Shown in pieces: positions 10,139-24,040 of a stretch of DNA of 64,000 bases. The translations under genes were made by a program, and so were the position numbers. Source of the stretch: an uncultured Gammaproteobacteria bacterium (lineage in GTDB: Bacteria > Patescibacteriota > Microgenomatia > Levybacterales > UBA12049). The notes under the pieces were generated by a model. The model saw nothing but the letters and a program-made list of their open reading frames with translations, ran no database searches and had not been told where the DNA came from. Within the stretch, counting starts at the first letter, position 1. Every line of letters begins with the position of its first letter. The stretch spans positions 1,377,887-1,441,886 of the forward strand of contig OZ246394.1 in assembly GCA_965230895.1 (NCBI GenBank), in the 5' to 3' direction.

Positions 10139-10404
10139 AACAGGCACATGTTTTTATCTCAGGTTCAGTTCAAGGCGTTGGGTATCGCCAATTTGTCAAA
10201 CAGAATGCGCGCAAGCTTGGCTTAACCGGTTGGGTTCGAAACTCGGAAGATGGTGGAGTAGAGGCAGTTCTTCAAGGTGAAGAAGATATGATTACTGTCA
10301 TGATAGAGCAATGCAAGAAGGGTCCATTTATGGCTGAAGTCGAGCATTGTGGCTATGAATGGGAAGACATTGAAGAAACATACGACTCCTTTAACCTCGC
10401 ATAA
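10135..10404 (+). CDS. acyP: Acylphosphatase
   Basis: GSVQGVGYR and GWVRN..DG.VE motifs. Confidence 0.93.
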   Translation: MKQAHVFISGSVQGVGYRQFVKQNARKLGLTGWVRNSEDGGVEAVLQGEEDMITVMIEQCKKGPFMAEVEHCGYEWEDIEETYDSFNLA

Positions 10405-10425
10405 AACCCCTGGTATAATACGGCC

Positions 10426-10731
10426 ATGACAATTAAGGAACGACAATTTCTTTGGAAAATACCTGTTACGAGGGAAAGAATGGTAACTGGGAAGAAATAT
10501 TTCACCGAGGATATTGAGAAAACTCCATGGGTTCACACTCGAGATCTTCTGACAGTGGATGGGGAAACAGATGCTGTTACGATAACGAGAGAAACTGATG
10601 TTACGGGTGGTTCTATACGTACTCAAAGACCAAGTAATCTTGTCGGTGAAGAGATCAATGGTGATAAGGGACATTTGGAAGTAAAGATGGGGCTTTTGCG
10701 TAGAACAGTTTTTCGATATGTGCGAGACTGA
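10426..10731 (+). CDS. Hypothetical protein
   Basis: ORF with TGgTATAAT 6 nt upstream of the ATG. Confidence 0.55.
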   Translation: MTIKERQFLWKIPVTRERMVTGKKYFTEDIEKTPWVHTRDLLTVDGETDAVTITRETDVTGGSIRTQRPSNLVGEEINGDKGHLEVKMGLLRRTVFRYVRD

Positions 10732-11631
10732 CTATTTCTTTAATTCGTCCTCAATAACTCTCTCGAATTCACTGAAAGGTTGTGCTCCAACCAATCTGTA
10801 ACCGTTGACGAAAAAGGCAGGTGTTCCGTCAACTTGTACTTTGTTTCCAGCTTCAAGATCTGTTTCTACAGCTTTTTGGTATTTGTCACTATCAACACAA
10901 GTTCTGAATTGGTCTGTATTCAATCCAACTTGTCCAGCGTAATCAACAAATGAATTAACGACGTCAGTTGTTGTGAGAGGTGACCATGTGTCCTGTTCTG
11001 CAAACAACTTATCATGATATTCCCAGAATTTGCCTTGTTCATTTGCACATTCTGACGCTTCAGCTGCCTTTTGTGCATTTGGATGAATAGATGTTAATGG
11101 ATAGTGGCGGTAAGCGATTTTTACTTTACCAGTATCAATATACTTTTCTTTAATCTGTTCATGTGTCTCGTCAATATATCTTTTGCAGAAAGGACATTGG
11201 AAATCACTGAATTCGACGATCGTTACTTTTGCATCATTACTTCCAAGTGTTGGTAATTTACCATTATCAACTTTTACCACTTGCGGTGGAGGAGGCGTTG
11301 TCGGAAGTGCGTCTTGTGCATTTGCTCCAGTTGCTGTGTTCGCATTGGATCCTGCTTTCAACTCATTCTCAAGATAAAGGACTTTATTGGTGAGCATACC
11401 CAACAAGAAGGCGAAGATGACGAGGACAAAAACAAGATAGACATTTAAATTACCTTGTTTAAAACCAAGTCGAGGGATTTTAAGAGTGAAGTGGTCTTTG
11501 TCTTTTGAAGTTGTTTTTTCTACCGGAGTTTCAGATGTAAGAGCAGCCGTTTTGGTTGATTTAGTAGTCGATTTAGAGGTAGCTGCCTTTCTCATTGAGT
11601 CCATTGTATTTGCTGGTGATTTGTTTGTCAA
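10732..11631 (-). CDS. Membrane-anchored DsbA-family thiol-disulfide oxidoreductase
   Basis: TM helix, EFSDFQCPFC, cis-Pro loop VDGTPAFFVNG; start codon uncertain. Confidence 0.9.
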   Translation of the reverse strand: MTNKSPANTMDSMRKAATSKSTTKSTKTAALTSETPVEKTTSKDKDHFTLKIPRLGFKQGNLNVYLVFVLVIFAFLLGMLTNKVLYLENELKAGSNANTATGANAQDALPTTPPPPQVVKVDNGKLPTLGSNDAKVTIVEFSDFQCPFCKRYIDETHEQIKEKYIDTGKVKIAYRHYPLTSIHPNAQKAAEASECANEQGKFWEYHDKLFAEQDTWSPLTTTDVVNSFVDYAGQVGLNTDQFRTCVDSDKYQKAVETDLEAGNKVQVDGTPAFFVNGYRLVGAQPFSEFERVIEDELKK

Positions 11632-11690
11632 TGGGAAGGAAAACTGTTGCTTTAGGTTGGGCTGGGAATGATATAATAATAGAATAACCT

Positions 11691-13262
11691 ATGTACAACT
11701 TCCGTCCGCTTTCACCGTTGGCAAAGTATCTCATCGATGCGCTTGAAGAAAAGCATAATCATGAGCATGAAGAACGTCGTATCACTGTAAACCCAATTGT
11801 GACTAAATTTGCTTCCTGGTATGAGAAGCTGCGCAATGCGATGGAATTTCGTGAAGATGAAGTTATTCTTCGCGCTACAATTGAACGTATCCTCAAGCGC
11901 CGATTGCTCCTTGGCGGAAACGGGAAGACAACTGCAAATCCATTGGTGAAAGAATTACTGTGGGCAAGGTATTTGCCAGACAATGAGGTAGGTGCTTCAG
12001 TTGTCCATAAGATTGAAGAGACAATTGATTTGTATTTACAGCTCCGTTTGAAAGTACTTGCAAAGCATAAGCTTTCAGAAAGTGAAATGAATGATTGGAC
12101 GTATGACTTAATGTCTGCTGATATCCAATACATTCTGAATCCGAAGAAACCCAAAGAACTTATCGCCAACTTCATGTTCCATGTTCTCAAAGATGATGTC
12201 TCGATAGAGGATGAGAAGCCTGAAACGAAAGATGCCCAAGTATTTATGGCTGTCCGTAAAGCGTTTGCTCGGGATGATTTGGCATTTCTGCGTTATCACA
12301 TGTTCTCGCAGTACTTTGGACGGTTGACACCAAAGACATTGGAATTTACTGCAGAACATTTCAAACAAGGCTATGATGAAATCCACCGACAGATGAAATA
12401 TGTCCATCGTGACAAGATTTACACGTATGTAAAACGAAGAACTGCGGCATTTTTCATCTTTGATGATATTCTGCAATCCAAAAAGGAGAATTGGAAATCG
12501 ATTCTTGAAAATGAAGAAGAGCTCAAAGAAGCTGTCTTTGCAGCTTGTGAAGTGCGTTATAACGGTATTACTTCACGTGTGAGACGGGCGATTATCCGTT
12601 CGTTTATCTTTATTTTGATTACCAAGTTAGGCTTTGCTTTCTTTGTTGAAGGTTCTTACGAAACGCTTGTGTACGGAGAAATCCATTGGAATTCTATTAT
12701 CGTAAATACGACAGTTCCACCGTTACTTATGGTTATCGTTGGACTTTTCATCCGTGCGCCAGGAAAAGATAATTCAGAATTGGTTTTCAAATATATAACG
12801 CAACTGCTTTATGAGAACGATCCAGTGCTTGGTAATCGATTACTTATCCACAAGACACAAACCGATAAAGGATTTATGACTGCCTTTACGATTCTTTGGT
12901 CGATTGGTTTTGTCATCTCATTTGGATCGTTGATCTTGATCCTCACACGGTTTGGTTTCAATCCAGTCAGCCAATTTATCTTCTTGTTCTTCTTAGCAAT
13001 CGTTTCATTCTTGGCGTATCGTATTTCACTTCTTTCAAATGTATATAGAGTAGGAGAGAAGCAGGGTTTTGGAACACTATTAGTAGACTTCCTCTTCATG
13101 CCGATTATCCGAGTCGGTCGACGTTTGACGACAAGTATCGCGCAAATCAATATCTTCCTTATGCTCTTTGACTTCTTTATCGAAGCGCCATTCAAATACC
13201 TTTTCGCCTTCTTCGATCAGTGGTTCTACTTCCTCCATACCAAGACAGAGGAGCTAGAATAG
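11691..13262 (+). CDS. Hypothetical polytopic membrane protein
   Basis: 523-aa ORF with a soluble N-terminal half and about 5-6 hydrophobic segments in the C-terminal half. Confidence 0.75.
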   Translation: MYNFRPLSPLAKYLIDALEEKHNHEHEERRITVNPIVTKFASWYEKLRNAMEFREDEVILRATIERILKRRLLLGGNGKTTANPLVKELLWARYLPDNEVGASVVHKIEETIDLYLQLRLKVLAKHKLSESEMNDWTYDLMSADIQYILNPKKPKELIANFMFHVLKDDVSIEDEKPETKDAQVFMAVRKAFARDDLAFLRYHMFSQYFGRLTPKTLEFTAEHFKQGYDEIHRQMKYVHRDKIYTYVKRRTAAFFIFDDILQSKKENWKSILENEEELKEAVFAACEVRYNGITSRVRRAIIRSFIFILITKLGFAFFVEGSYETLVYGEIHWNSIIVNTTVPPLLMVIVGLFIRAPGKDNSELVFKYITQLLYENDPVLGNRLLIHKTQTDKGFMTAFTILWSIGFVISFGSLILILTRFGFNPVSQFIFLFFLAIVSFLAYRISLLSNVYRVGEKQGFGTLLVDFLFMPIIRVGRRLTTSIAQINIFLMLFDFFIEAPFKYLFAFFDQWFYFLHTKTEELE

Positions 13263-14083
13263 TGGCGAAAAAAGTAATTATAAATGCAGATGACTTTGGC
13301 TATAGCTTAGGTGTAAACCAAGGAATAGTCCAAGCCTACACACAAGGAATCCTTACAAGTACAACAGTGTTGGCAAATTCAGTAGGTGATCAAGACCTTA
13401 TAGATAATCTCAAAAGTACATTGTCTAAACCTCCGTTAGCAATTGGTGTTCATTTAAATCTTACGTATGGTCCTGTATTGGTTCAGGATCAATGGGATTT
13501 TCAAACATTTGTTCGTCCATATAAAAATATTGATTCGGTGAAAGAATGGCAGGGCAGTGCCTGGAAGGAATATTTCGGTACGATGAAGAATGAAGCGGTT
13601 AAAAAAGAGTTGCATGCCCAGATTGCTAAAGTGAAAGAATCTTTTGGAACGATTGATCATTTGGATAGTCATCATGGAGTTGCAAGCTATGAACCGATCC
13701 TAACAATATATAAGGAACTTGCAAAAGAATTTAATCTGGCATTGCGCCATCCGAGCCCCTTTTCTGAGAGTTCTGTTTATGGAGGAGAATTTATAGTTGA
13801 TGATATGTTTACGCAGGCTGCACGATCGCAAGGTATTCGAGTTGTTGATCGAGTTGATCTGCGATATTTTTATCAACAAACAGATCCGATTCAATCATTT
13901 ATTGAATCATTGCATCAGATAAAAGATGGAGAAGTAGTAGAATATATGTTTCATCCTGCAGTTGATGCGAGCCAAGGGGAATGGAGAATGAAAGATCTTG
14001 AGATTCTCACAAGCCCAAAGGTTATTTCGACAATTGAGGCTCTAGACATCAATTTAACTACGTTTGAGAAAGGTGCATACTAA
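13262..14083 (+). CDS. ChbG/YdjC-family carbohydrate deacetylase
   Basis: IINADDFG, GVHLNL, HLDSHH, EYMFHP; GTG start overlapping the previous stop, GAGGAG upstream. Confidence 0.88.
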   Translation: MAKKVIINADDFGYSLGVNQGIVQAYTQGILTSTTVLANSVGDQDLIDNLKSTLSKPPLAIGVHLNLTYGPVLVQDQWDFQTFVRPYKNIDSVKEWQGSAWKEYFGTMKNEAVKKELHAQIAKVKESFGTIDHLDSHHGVASYEPILTIYKELAKEFNLALRHPSPFSESSVYGGEFIVDDMFTQAARSQGIRVVDRVDLRYFYQQTDPIQSFIESLHQIKDGEVVEYMFHPAVDASQGEWRMKDLEILTSPKVISTIEALDINLTTFEKGAY

Positions 14084-14139
14084 CTTTTAAGTAAGTCATT
14101 GACACCACATTTAGTAGTTGCTATATTAGATAGACACTT

Positions 14140-14460
14140 ATGGCAGACGTAACTTTCACAGATGCAAATTTCCAAAAAGATGTCCTCGGCAGCGACAAAC
14201 CAGTTGTTGTTGATTTCTGGGCTCCTTGGTGCACTCCTTGCAAAATGGTAACTCCTATTATTGAAGAACTCGCAAAAGAATACGATGGTAAAGTTGCAGT
14301 AGGTAAGATGAATGTCGATGAAAATCAGCAAACAGCAGGAACATATGGAGTTATGAGTATCCCAACAGTTATGGTTTTTAAAAATGGAAAACCAGTACAA
14401 GCAATGGTTGGAGCTCAAAGCAAAGCAGCATACAAATCAGAAATCGATAAAGCTCTCTAA
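14140..14460 (+). CDS. trxA: Thioredoxin
   Basis: [16 protein letters not shown]. Confidence 0.95.
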   Translation: MADVTFTDANFQKDVLGSDKPVVVDFWAPWCTPCKMVTPIIEELAKEYDGKVAVGKMNVDENQQTAGTYGVMSIPTVMVFKNGKPVQAMVGAQSKAAYKSEIDKAL

Positions 14461-14463
14461 TTG

Positions 14464-15390
14464 ATGGAAAACCTCTACGACGTCATCATCATCGGCTCCG
14501 GTCCTTCAGGATTAACCGCAGCAATCTATACAACCCGTGCTAGTCTCAAAACACTTGTTATTGCAGGCGATAAATGGGGTGGACAACTTATGCTTACAAC
14601 TGAAGTTGAGAATTTCCCAGGTTTTCCTGAAGGCATTCAAGGTCCAGACCTTATGGCAAACATGCGCAAGCAAGCGGAACATCATGGAGCAGAGATTGTC
14701 GACGTGAAGTTCACTCAAGGTGATTTTTCAAAAGCTGGTGGGCCATTTACTGTCACGACTGAAGAAAAAACATATCAAGGTAAAACAGTTATCATTGCAA
14801 CAGGTGCTGATACTAAATGGCTTGGCGTTCCTGGAGAAACAGAAAAGATTGGTCGAGGAGTTTCATCATGTGCTCCATGTGATGCACCTTTCTTTAAAGA
14901 GAAAGATGTTATCGTTTCCGGTGGAGGCGACAGTGCAATGGAAGAAGCATGTGTTTTGACTCGCTTTGCAAAGAGTGTCACCGTGGTTCATCGAAGAGAT
15001 GAACTCAGAGCTTCGCAAATCATGCAAGATAAAGCCCGAGCAAATCCAAAGATCAAATTCCTTTTGAATACTCAAATTGAAGAAATTAAAGGTGAATTCA
15101 AGGTTGAAGGTGTAACTCTGAAGAATAATGCCACAGGAGAGACAAGTGAAATGAAGACAGATGGTGTATTTGTTGCCATTGGCCATATACCAAATAGTAA
15201 AGTCTTCCCAGGTATTGATGTCGATGAAAAAGGATTCATTAAAGCAGCAGAGCATACAAAGACAAATATCGATGGTGTCTTTGTAGCAGGGGATGTCCAT
15301 GACAAAGAATATATGCAAGCAATTACAGCGGCAGGATTAGGTTGCCAAGCGGCTCTTGATGCTGAACGATGGTTGGCTGCAAAAGAATAA
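14464..15390 (+). CDS. trxB: Thioredoxin reductase
   Basis: IIGSGPSG, GGQL, CAPCD, GGGDSAMEEA, HRRD, AGDV. Confidence 0.95.
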   Translation: MENLYDVIIIGSGPSGLTAAIYTTRASLKTLVIAGDKWGGQLMLTTEVENFPGFPEGIQGPDLMANMRKQAEHHGAEIVDVKFTQGDFSKAGGPFTVTTEEKTYQGKTVIIATGADTKWLGVPGETEKIGRGVSSCAPCDAPFFKEKDVIVSGGGDSAMEEACVLTRFAKSVTVVHRRDELRASQIMQDKARANPKIKFLLNTQIEEIKGEFKVEGVTLKNNATGETSEMKTDGVFVAIGHIPNSKVFPGIDVDEKGFIKAAEHTKTNIDGVFVAGDVHDKEYMQAITAAGLGCQAALDAERWLAAKE

Positions 15391-15417
15391 TCCTATATTC
15401 TTCATAATTTCCCTCTA

Positions 15418-15446
15418 TTGACACTCAAATGAGGCTATGATAAGAT
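15418..15446 (+). promoter_or_regulatory. rRNA operon promoter
   Basis: TTGACA-N17-TAAGAT with extended TG; boxA-like GCTCTTT at 15563 and 15761. Confidence 0.7.
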
Positions 15447-15583
15447 AACTTTTACGAACCGAAGAAGTCTCGTATATGATGTTCTGTAAAATTTTAGTTT
15501 TCTACCCAAACTAAAGGCGTAAAACGTCTTCATACTCATCAGTCTTTCTTCTGTTCAATTTCGCTCTTTCGAATCAAATATCT

Positions 15584-15659
15584 GGGCCGTTAGCTCATTT
15601 GGTAGAGCACCTCATTTGCACTGAGGGGGTGGCGGGTTCAAATCCTGTACGGTCCACCA
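15584..15659 (+). tRNA. tRNA-Ala(UGC)
   Basis: Cloverleaf: acceptor GGGCCGT/ACGGTCC with the G3:U70 Ala determinant, anticodon arm CCTCA-TTTGCAC-TGAGG, T-loop GTTCAAATC, encoded CCA. Confidence 0.96.
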
Positions 15660-15886
15660 GTTTTGCAAGTGAAATCAAGCATTGAGGCAAACCCTCTAGT
15701 AAGAGAGGGTTTGCCTGAGTGACTTGATGATAGATACTCCTTCATCTTTAGATGAATGAGGCTCTTTAAAAAGTGAAGAGAATATCCTGAATTGTGTTTT
15801 GTCTGCACCCGCAGACGTCCATGGCGCAATCCAGGATAAAATAATCATGTCTTAAATCTTTACCTACATTACGGTAGGTAAAGTTG

Positions 15887-19139
<3,253 letters not shown>

Positions 19140-19213
19140 TAATAGACATGTTTTTCTCTTCACTCTTTGAGGAGCTTCGAAAGGAGCAGCTCAGTACTTT
19201 AATAACAAAAATT

Positions 19214-19324
19214 TTCTGGTGATTGAAGCATTATGGCACCACCTCTTCCCATTCCGAACAGAGAAGTGAAACGTAATAGCGCTCACGATACTACCTTCGG
19301 TGGGAAAATAGGTCGTCGCCAGAA
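19214..19324 (+). rRNA. rrf: 5S rRNA (short, about 111 nt)
   Basis: CCCATTCCGAAC..GAAGTGAA motif; terminal stem TTCTGG/CCAGAA extended by a long AT-rich processing stem. Confidence 0.93.
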
Positions 19325-19352
19325 TATTTTTGTTATTAAAGATAAATCAAAG

Positions 19353-19378
19353 AAACCTCCAGTAAGGGAGGTTTTTTT
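19353..19378 (+). terminator. rRNA operon intrinsic terminator
   Basis: AAACCTCC-AGTAAG-GGAGGTTTTTTT. Confidence 0.85.
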
Positions 19379-19393
19379 GTATATACTACATAT

Positions 19394-19591
19394 ATGCTGA
19401 GTAAAGAAGGTAAGTCCATTCCTCCACAAGATCATGATATCCAAATGCCATTCAATAAGCATGAGATTGGTGTCATCCGTCAGCGTCTGAAGCCAGATAT
19501 CTTTTTCCCTACGTTAACTGAAGGTTATCGAAAGCTCAAAAGAAGAGTACTTTACGAGAGGCCAAAGCTGACCTTTCAAAGAGATCGTTAG
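19394..19591 (+). CDS. Hypothetical small protein
   Basis: 65-aa ORF with TATACT 6 nt upstream of the ATG. Confidence 0.45.
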   Translation: MLSKEGKSIPPQDHDIQMPFNKHEIGVIRQRLKPDIFFPTLTEGYRKLKRRVLYERPKLTFQRDR

Positions 19592-21276
19592 TCTGTAAGC
19601 ACTTGCCATAAATATCCATAAGCGAGGAGTTTATAATGAGTTCCTTTATATATTATCTCTACAGTATCTCCAGAGACGTTGTGGAGCGCGAGAAGCGTCT
19701 CATTTGCCGATGTTCGTAGTAGGGCAAAAACTCTCAGATCGAGATCCAAAACTTCTTGTGCCGCCTCTGGATGCAATGCCGGATGAGAAGCTCGTTCTTT
19801 GATAAGAGCTTTCATAGCCGAAAAGACTTGAGCTTCTTTCGATGTTGCATCTGCAAGTTTCCCTGCAAGCCAGGAGTAATTTAAATTTGTACGTAGAATA
19901 TCTCGGATGTGACCTGTCTCATTAAATGCTTCTATGTCATTTGTTTTTCCAAAAAGAGAGAGGTAGTATACTGCCGGAACTCCTACTAGGGCAAAGCAAA
20001 GAGCATGTGTCATAATCACTTTTTGAAGCGCTTCTTCAAAGGGAACTTCATCACGACTTACAGCTGACCACCATGTTGCGCACATCTCATAAACAGCAGT
20101 CTTACCATTTGGAAGAGCTTTGTATCCAAGTCTTGTTCCATGCTCAACAGTCATCTCAAATATCTTTTCGATTTCGTTATCAGGCAAAATCCCACGAGCT
20201 CCGAGGATACCGATCCCATCATGGCATGAGAGGAAATTAAAAAAGGTGGTTTGCTTTGCGGGTAAATCATCAGAAAGCGTCTTTGCCCAAGACGAAAGAT
20301 AGGTTGCAGTTCCCGTATAAATTGCATGGAGTGTTAAGGGGGGTAGCGCAAAGTTATAGACCATATGTGCCTCATTATTCCCATCGCCATAATACGAAAC
20401 ATTCTCTTTATGAGGCACATTTGTCTCAGTTATGATAATGCCTTCAGGACAAACTTCTTCCAGAATCTTTCGAAAGATTTGCAATATTGCATGGCCTTGG
20501 GGAAGATGGACACAGCTTGTGCCAAGTTCTTTCCAGACAAAGGTAATTGCATCCATACGGAAGATTCGTACACCTTTTTCCATTTGGAACAAAAATACTT
20601 TGATCATTTCCAAAAGAACTTGTGGATTGCGATAGTTGAGGTCAATCTGATCAACTTGCCCATCCACACTAAAGGTCGTCCAGACTAATCGTTTTCCATG
20701 CTTTGTTTCAAAAGGAGTGAGAAGGGGTGAAGATCGAGGCCGAAAAACCTTATCTAATTGGTTTTTTAGTTCAGGCGTAAACTCTTTCGGAGCGTAGCTA
20801 ATAAAATAATCTTTATATGCATCTTCGCCTGCAAGAAACTTCTGAAACCAATCATGCGAAGCTGCAACGTGATTGAGCACGAGATCCGCCATTAATCGAT
20901 AGTCTTTTGCTATAGATTCGATCGTATTCCAATCACCAAAGCCTTCCTTCACGCGATAAAAATCAACTACTGAAAACCCTCGGTCTTTTCCGTCAGGATG
21001 GAAGGGAAGTATGTGTACTGTATTGATTGATTGCTCTGTATGCTCTTTCAAAAATGCATGGAGCGTTTCAAGTGAAGGCTTCTGGGATTCCTGAAATGAA
21101 TTGCCATAGCTTATCATGGTAATATCTTTCTCTGAAAAAAAGCTTTTTCGAGGATTTGTTGATGAATATTTACAATCTTTTAGTAGTTGCTTAAGCTCGG
21201 TAAAGTTTGCTTCTCCTTGCTCTGGACCGTAAAGAAAGATGAGATTTTGCTTAATGCTATCCATTGATGGATACAT
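19588..21276 (-). CDS. GH13_18 sucrose-phosphorylase-family glycoside phosphorylase (glucosylglycerate-phosphorylase-like)
   Basis: VHILPFHP, DLVLNH, WTTFS..QIDLN, RMDAITFVWK (nucleophile), ITETNVP (acid/base), FLSCHDGIG, YE in loop A. Confidence 0.85.
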   Translation of the reverse strand: MYPSMDSIKQNLIFLYGPEQGEANFTELKQLLKDCKYSSTNPRKSFFSEKDITMISYGNSFQESQKPSLETLHAFLKEHTEQSINTVHILPFHPDGKDRGFSVVDFYRVKEGFGDWNTIESIAKDYRLMADLVLNHVAASHDWFQKFLAGEDAYKDYFISYAPKEFTPELKNQLDKVFRPRSSPLLTPFETKHGKRLVWTTFSVDGQVDQIDLNYRNPQVLLEMIKVFLFQMEKGVRIFRMDAITFVWKELGTSCVHLPQGHAILQIFRKILEEVCPEGIIITETNVPHKENVSYYGDGNNEAHMVYNFALPPLTLHAIYTGTATYLSSWAKTLSDDLPAKQTTFFNFLSCHDGIGILGARGILPDNEIEKIFEMTVEHGTRLGYKALPNGKTAVYEMCATWWSAVSRDEVPFEEALQKVIMTHALCFALVGVPAVYYLSLFGKTNDIEAFNETGHIRDILRTNLNYSWLAGKLADATSKEAQVFSAMKALIKERASHPALHPEAAQEVLDLDLRVFALLRTSANETLLALHNVSGDTVEIIYKGTHYKLLAYGYLWQVLTD

Positions 21277-21299
21277 TATATCAGCCCTGCGCTAGTGGC

Positions 21300-21950
21300 T
21301 TATTTGCGGTAGTAAGCTACTGAATTACTGTATGCTCTTTGCAATTGGTTTTCTGCATCTCTTTTTTGTGCTTTTGTATCATTAATTGCTTTTCGGCAAT
21401 CAGATTGTAATCGTGTAAATTGCTTTCGAACATCAGCAATTGTTCTTCGAACACTCTGTCGTTGATCATCAATTCTATCTCGCTGTGCGATAAGTGCTCT
21501 TCGACGGTTTTGGCCTTCAGGTGTAGAAGAGTTAACATCTTTTAATTGATCATTGATTCGATCTTTTTGTGCATCCAATTGATCGTTTTGAGCTTCCAAT
21601 CGATTAACAGTATTTCTCAATGTCTGAGCATTAAGGGAACATGTTCGCATTTGAACGTACATGTGTTGTTGCAAACGATTAATTCTATCTGTGAGTACAG
21701 CAATGTCATTGTTGTACGTCGCTGTAGTTGCATCATTATTTTCTGCTGGAGCTTCTTCTGTCTTTTGTAAGGGTGCTTCAAAATTCTCCCAATCTTCCTG
21801 AGCAGGGGATTCATTTTGTGTTGCATCAACATCAGCTGACTTAGCTTGCTGTTGCTGCTTAATTGAGTGATTTGTCGTGAAGTATAAGCCGCCACTTACG
21901 AGAAGTGCTGCTGTTACTACCACGATTCCTGTTACTTTTAAAAATGTCAT
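21300..21950 (-). CDS. Membrane-anchored or secreted coiled-coil protein
   Basis: N-terminal hydrophobic helix followed by a long Q/R/D-rich helical region with two Cys; ATG 21950 preferred over TTG 21992. Confidence 0.65.
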   Translation of the reverse strand: MTFLKVTGIVVVTAALLVSGGLYFTTNHSIKQQQQAKSADVDATQNESPAQEDWENFEAPLQKTEEAPAENNDATTATYNNDIAVLTDRINRLQQHMYVQMRTCSLNAQTLRNTVNRLEAQNDQLDAQKDRINDQLKDVNSSTPEGQNRRRALIAQRDRIDDQRQSVRRTIADVRKQFTRLQSDCRKAINDTKAQKRDAENQLQRAYSNSVAYYRK

Positions 21951-22132
21951 AGTCTTGTAGTTATTTCCTTGAGAAGATCTTTTTAGCCCCAATAGCTTTA
22001 AACTAAAAGTGTCTATCTCAATTCATTACGTCCTATATTATAACACTTTTTGTAATTTGTCAAGTGGGTGACGTAAGAAATGCGTATGAGTACAATATTG
22101 ACACTGATTAATCGACTTGTTAGCATGATCCC

Positions 22133-22813
22133 ATGAGTAATGAACACATTTCTTCCACTCGAAGAATTGATGTCACAGTGGTTGTCAAAAATTCTTTTCT
22201 TTTGTACAAAAAATATATTGGTGCGGTTTTGTTTAGCGGCACATTTTTATTAATTGGAACATATCTTGTCCAGACAATTTTCCCAAATGCGTCGTTTCTG
22301 TCGTTATTTATAACAGTACTTTGGTCGGCGCTTATTCAGACTTGGTTTATCCGTTATGTTCATATTCGAGAACAAGCTGAGAATAAAAATTTTGGTGATA
22401 TCCTGCGTGGTACTTTACGGTATGTTCCCGATGCACTTGCTATAACCGCCATTACTTTTACCATTTCTATTTGTGGACTCTTACTATTGGTTATTCCCGG
22501 GATTATCTGGGGAGTTATGTTTAGCCAGGCACTATTTTATGTTGTAATTGAGGGGAAGAGTATTAAAAAGTCCCTTCTCCAAAGTCGAGCAATAACAAAA
22601 GGCAATAGATTGGCTGTCTTCCGAAGCTATTTCGGTGTTTATTTACCCTTTATCGTTGGATTGTCTCTTTTATATCTGTTCTTCGTGAGAACGAGTGCCG
22701 AAATGCATATTATTTTCAATGGACTCTATACTGTTATTATTGGAATGCTATTTCCAATTATTGGGTATACGCTTTACACCTCACTCAAACAACTTCATAG
22801 AATAGATAAGTAA
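22133..22813 (+). CDS. Integral membrane protein
   Basis: About 5-6 TM helices; LLVIPGIIW and SLLQSRAITKG motifs; TTGACA-N17-TAGCAT directly upstream. Confidence 0.75.
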   Translation: MSNEHISSTRRIDVTVVVKNSFLLYKKYIGAVLFSGTFLLIGTYLVQTIFPNASFLSLFITVLWSALIQTWFIRYVHIREQAENKNFGDILRGTLRYVPDALAITAITFTISICGLLLLVIPGIIWGVMFSQALFYVVIEGKSIKKSLLQSRAITKGNRLAVFRSYFGVYLPFIVGLSLLYLFFVRTSAEMHIIFNGLYTVIIGMLFPIIGYTLYTSLKQLHRIDK

Positions 22814-22877
22814 GCCTTGCGACAAAGCGCTGTAAATGCTATACTTGCACTATCTTTGTAAGAAAGGTATTTTATGA

Positions 22878-23975
22878 ATGTCAAAAACTTCACACGCTAA
22901 TTCCTCAAACGCCCAAAGTGCAATGGCCAAATTGATGGCAGCACACCAAAATAAAGTTGTAACCTTAAAAAAAGGTGAAACAGTTAAAGCTAAGCTTACC
23001 AAATTAAGTACAAATGAGATCCTTGTTGATGCAGGCGCAAAAACTGAAGCGCATGTGCTTGAACGAGACAAAAGAATCATTAATACGATCCTTTCAACAT
23101 TTAAGGTTGGAGATACTGTTGAAGTAAATGTCTTGAATCCTGAATCAGAAAGTGGTCAACCTATTGTGTCACTCCGTCGATATCTTGGAGATATGGCTTG
23201 GGGTAAGTTAGAAGAACTTCAAAAGAAGTCAGAAAAGGTTGAAGTTACGGTAAAAGACACCACAAAAGCTGGGTATCTAGTTGATACTGCATTTGGTATC
23301 TCAGGTTTCCTTCCTCAGTCTCATATTTCTCATGGTGGAGAATCCGTCTCAGCGGGGCAACAGCTAGAAGTCACAGTTATTGAGATCAACCGAAAAGACA
23401 ATAAAGTAATCTTCTCCCAAAAGAAATCAATGTCAGCTGAAGAATTTGGCAAGCTCAGTAAGCAATTTAAAGTAGGCGAAAAAGTTTCAGTGACTATCAC
23501 AAATGTCACACCTTTTGGTATTTTCGTTGCATTACCATTGCCAAAATCAGATGATGCATTGGAAGGATTTATCCATATTTCAGAAACTTCATGGGATAAG
23601 GTTGCTGACATCACAGGTACATACTCTGCAGGTGAAAAGATTGAAGCTGTACTCACTAGATTTGATGCTGAAACACGAAGAGTAAGCCTTTCAATTAAAA
23701 GACTCACAGCTGATCCTTTTGAAGAATTGATGGAAACATATCCTGTAGATAAGAAGGTTACAGGTGAAGTCGTCCGCCTTGAAGATGGCGATGTTGTGCT
23801 TTCAATCAATGGTGATGAAGCTGTCGAAGGTATCATCAAAAAGGATAAAATTGCTATGGGAACGACCTATACAGTTGGACAAAAAGTTAATTTAACAATA
23901 GCTGACTACGATAAGCGAAAGCACCGCATTATTGTGGCTCCGATTCTACTCGAAAAGCCAATGGGCTACCGATAA
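22878..23975 (+). CDS. rpsA: 30S ribosomal protein S1 (short form, about four S1 domains)
   Basis: Repeated S1 motifs GFLPQSHI, FGIFV, EGFIHISETSW, RRVSLSIK. Confidence 0.82.
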   Translation: MSKTSHANSSNAQSAMAKLMAAHQNKVVTLKKGETVKAKLTKLSTNEILVDAGAKTEAHVLERDKRIINTILSTFKVGDTVEVNVLNPESESGQPIVSLRRYLGDMAWGKLEELQKKSEKVEVTVKDTTKAGYLVDTAFGISGFLPQSHISHGGESVSAGQQLEVTVIEINRKDNKVIFSQKKSMSAEEFGKLSKQFKVGEKVSVTITNVTPFGIFVALPLPKSDDALEGFIHISETSWDKVADITGTYSAGEKIEAVLTRFDAETRRVSLSIKRLTADPFEELMETYPVDKKVTGEVVRLEDGDVVLSINGDEAVEGIIKKDKIAMGTTYTVGQKVNLTIADYDKRKHRIIVAPILLEKPMGYR

Positions 23976-24040
23976 ACATTTCCTGAACTCATTTCCTTTT
24001 TGCGTTTTTACATTCTTCTGTCCGAGAGTATAATAGATTT

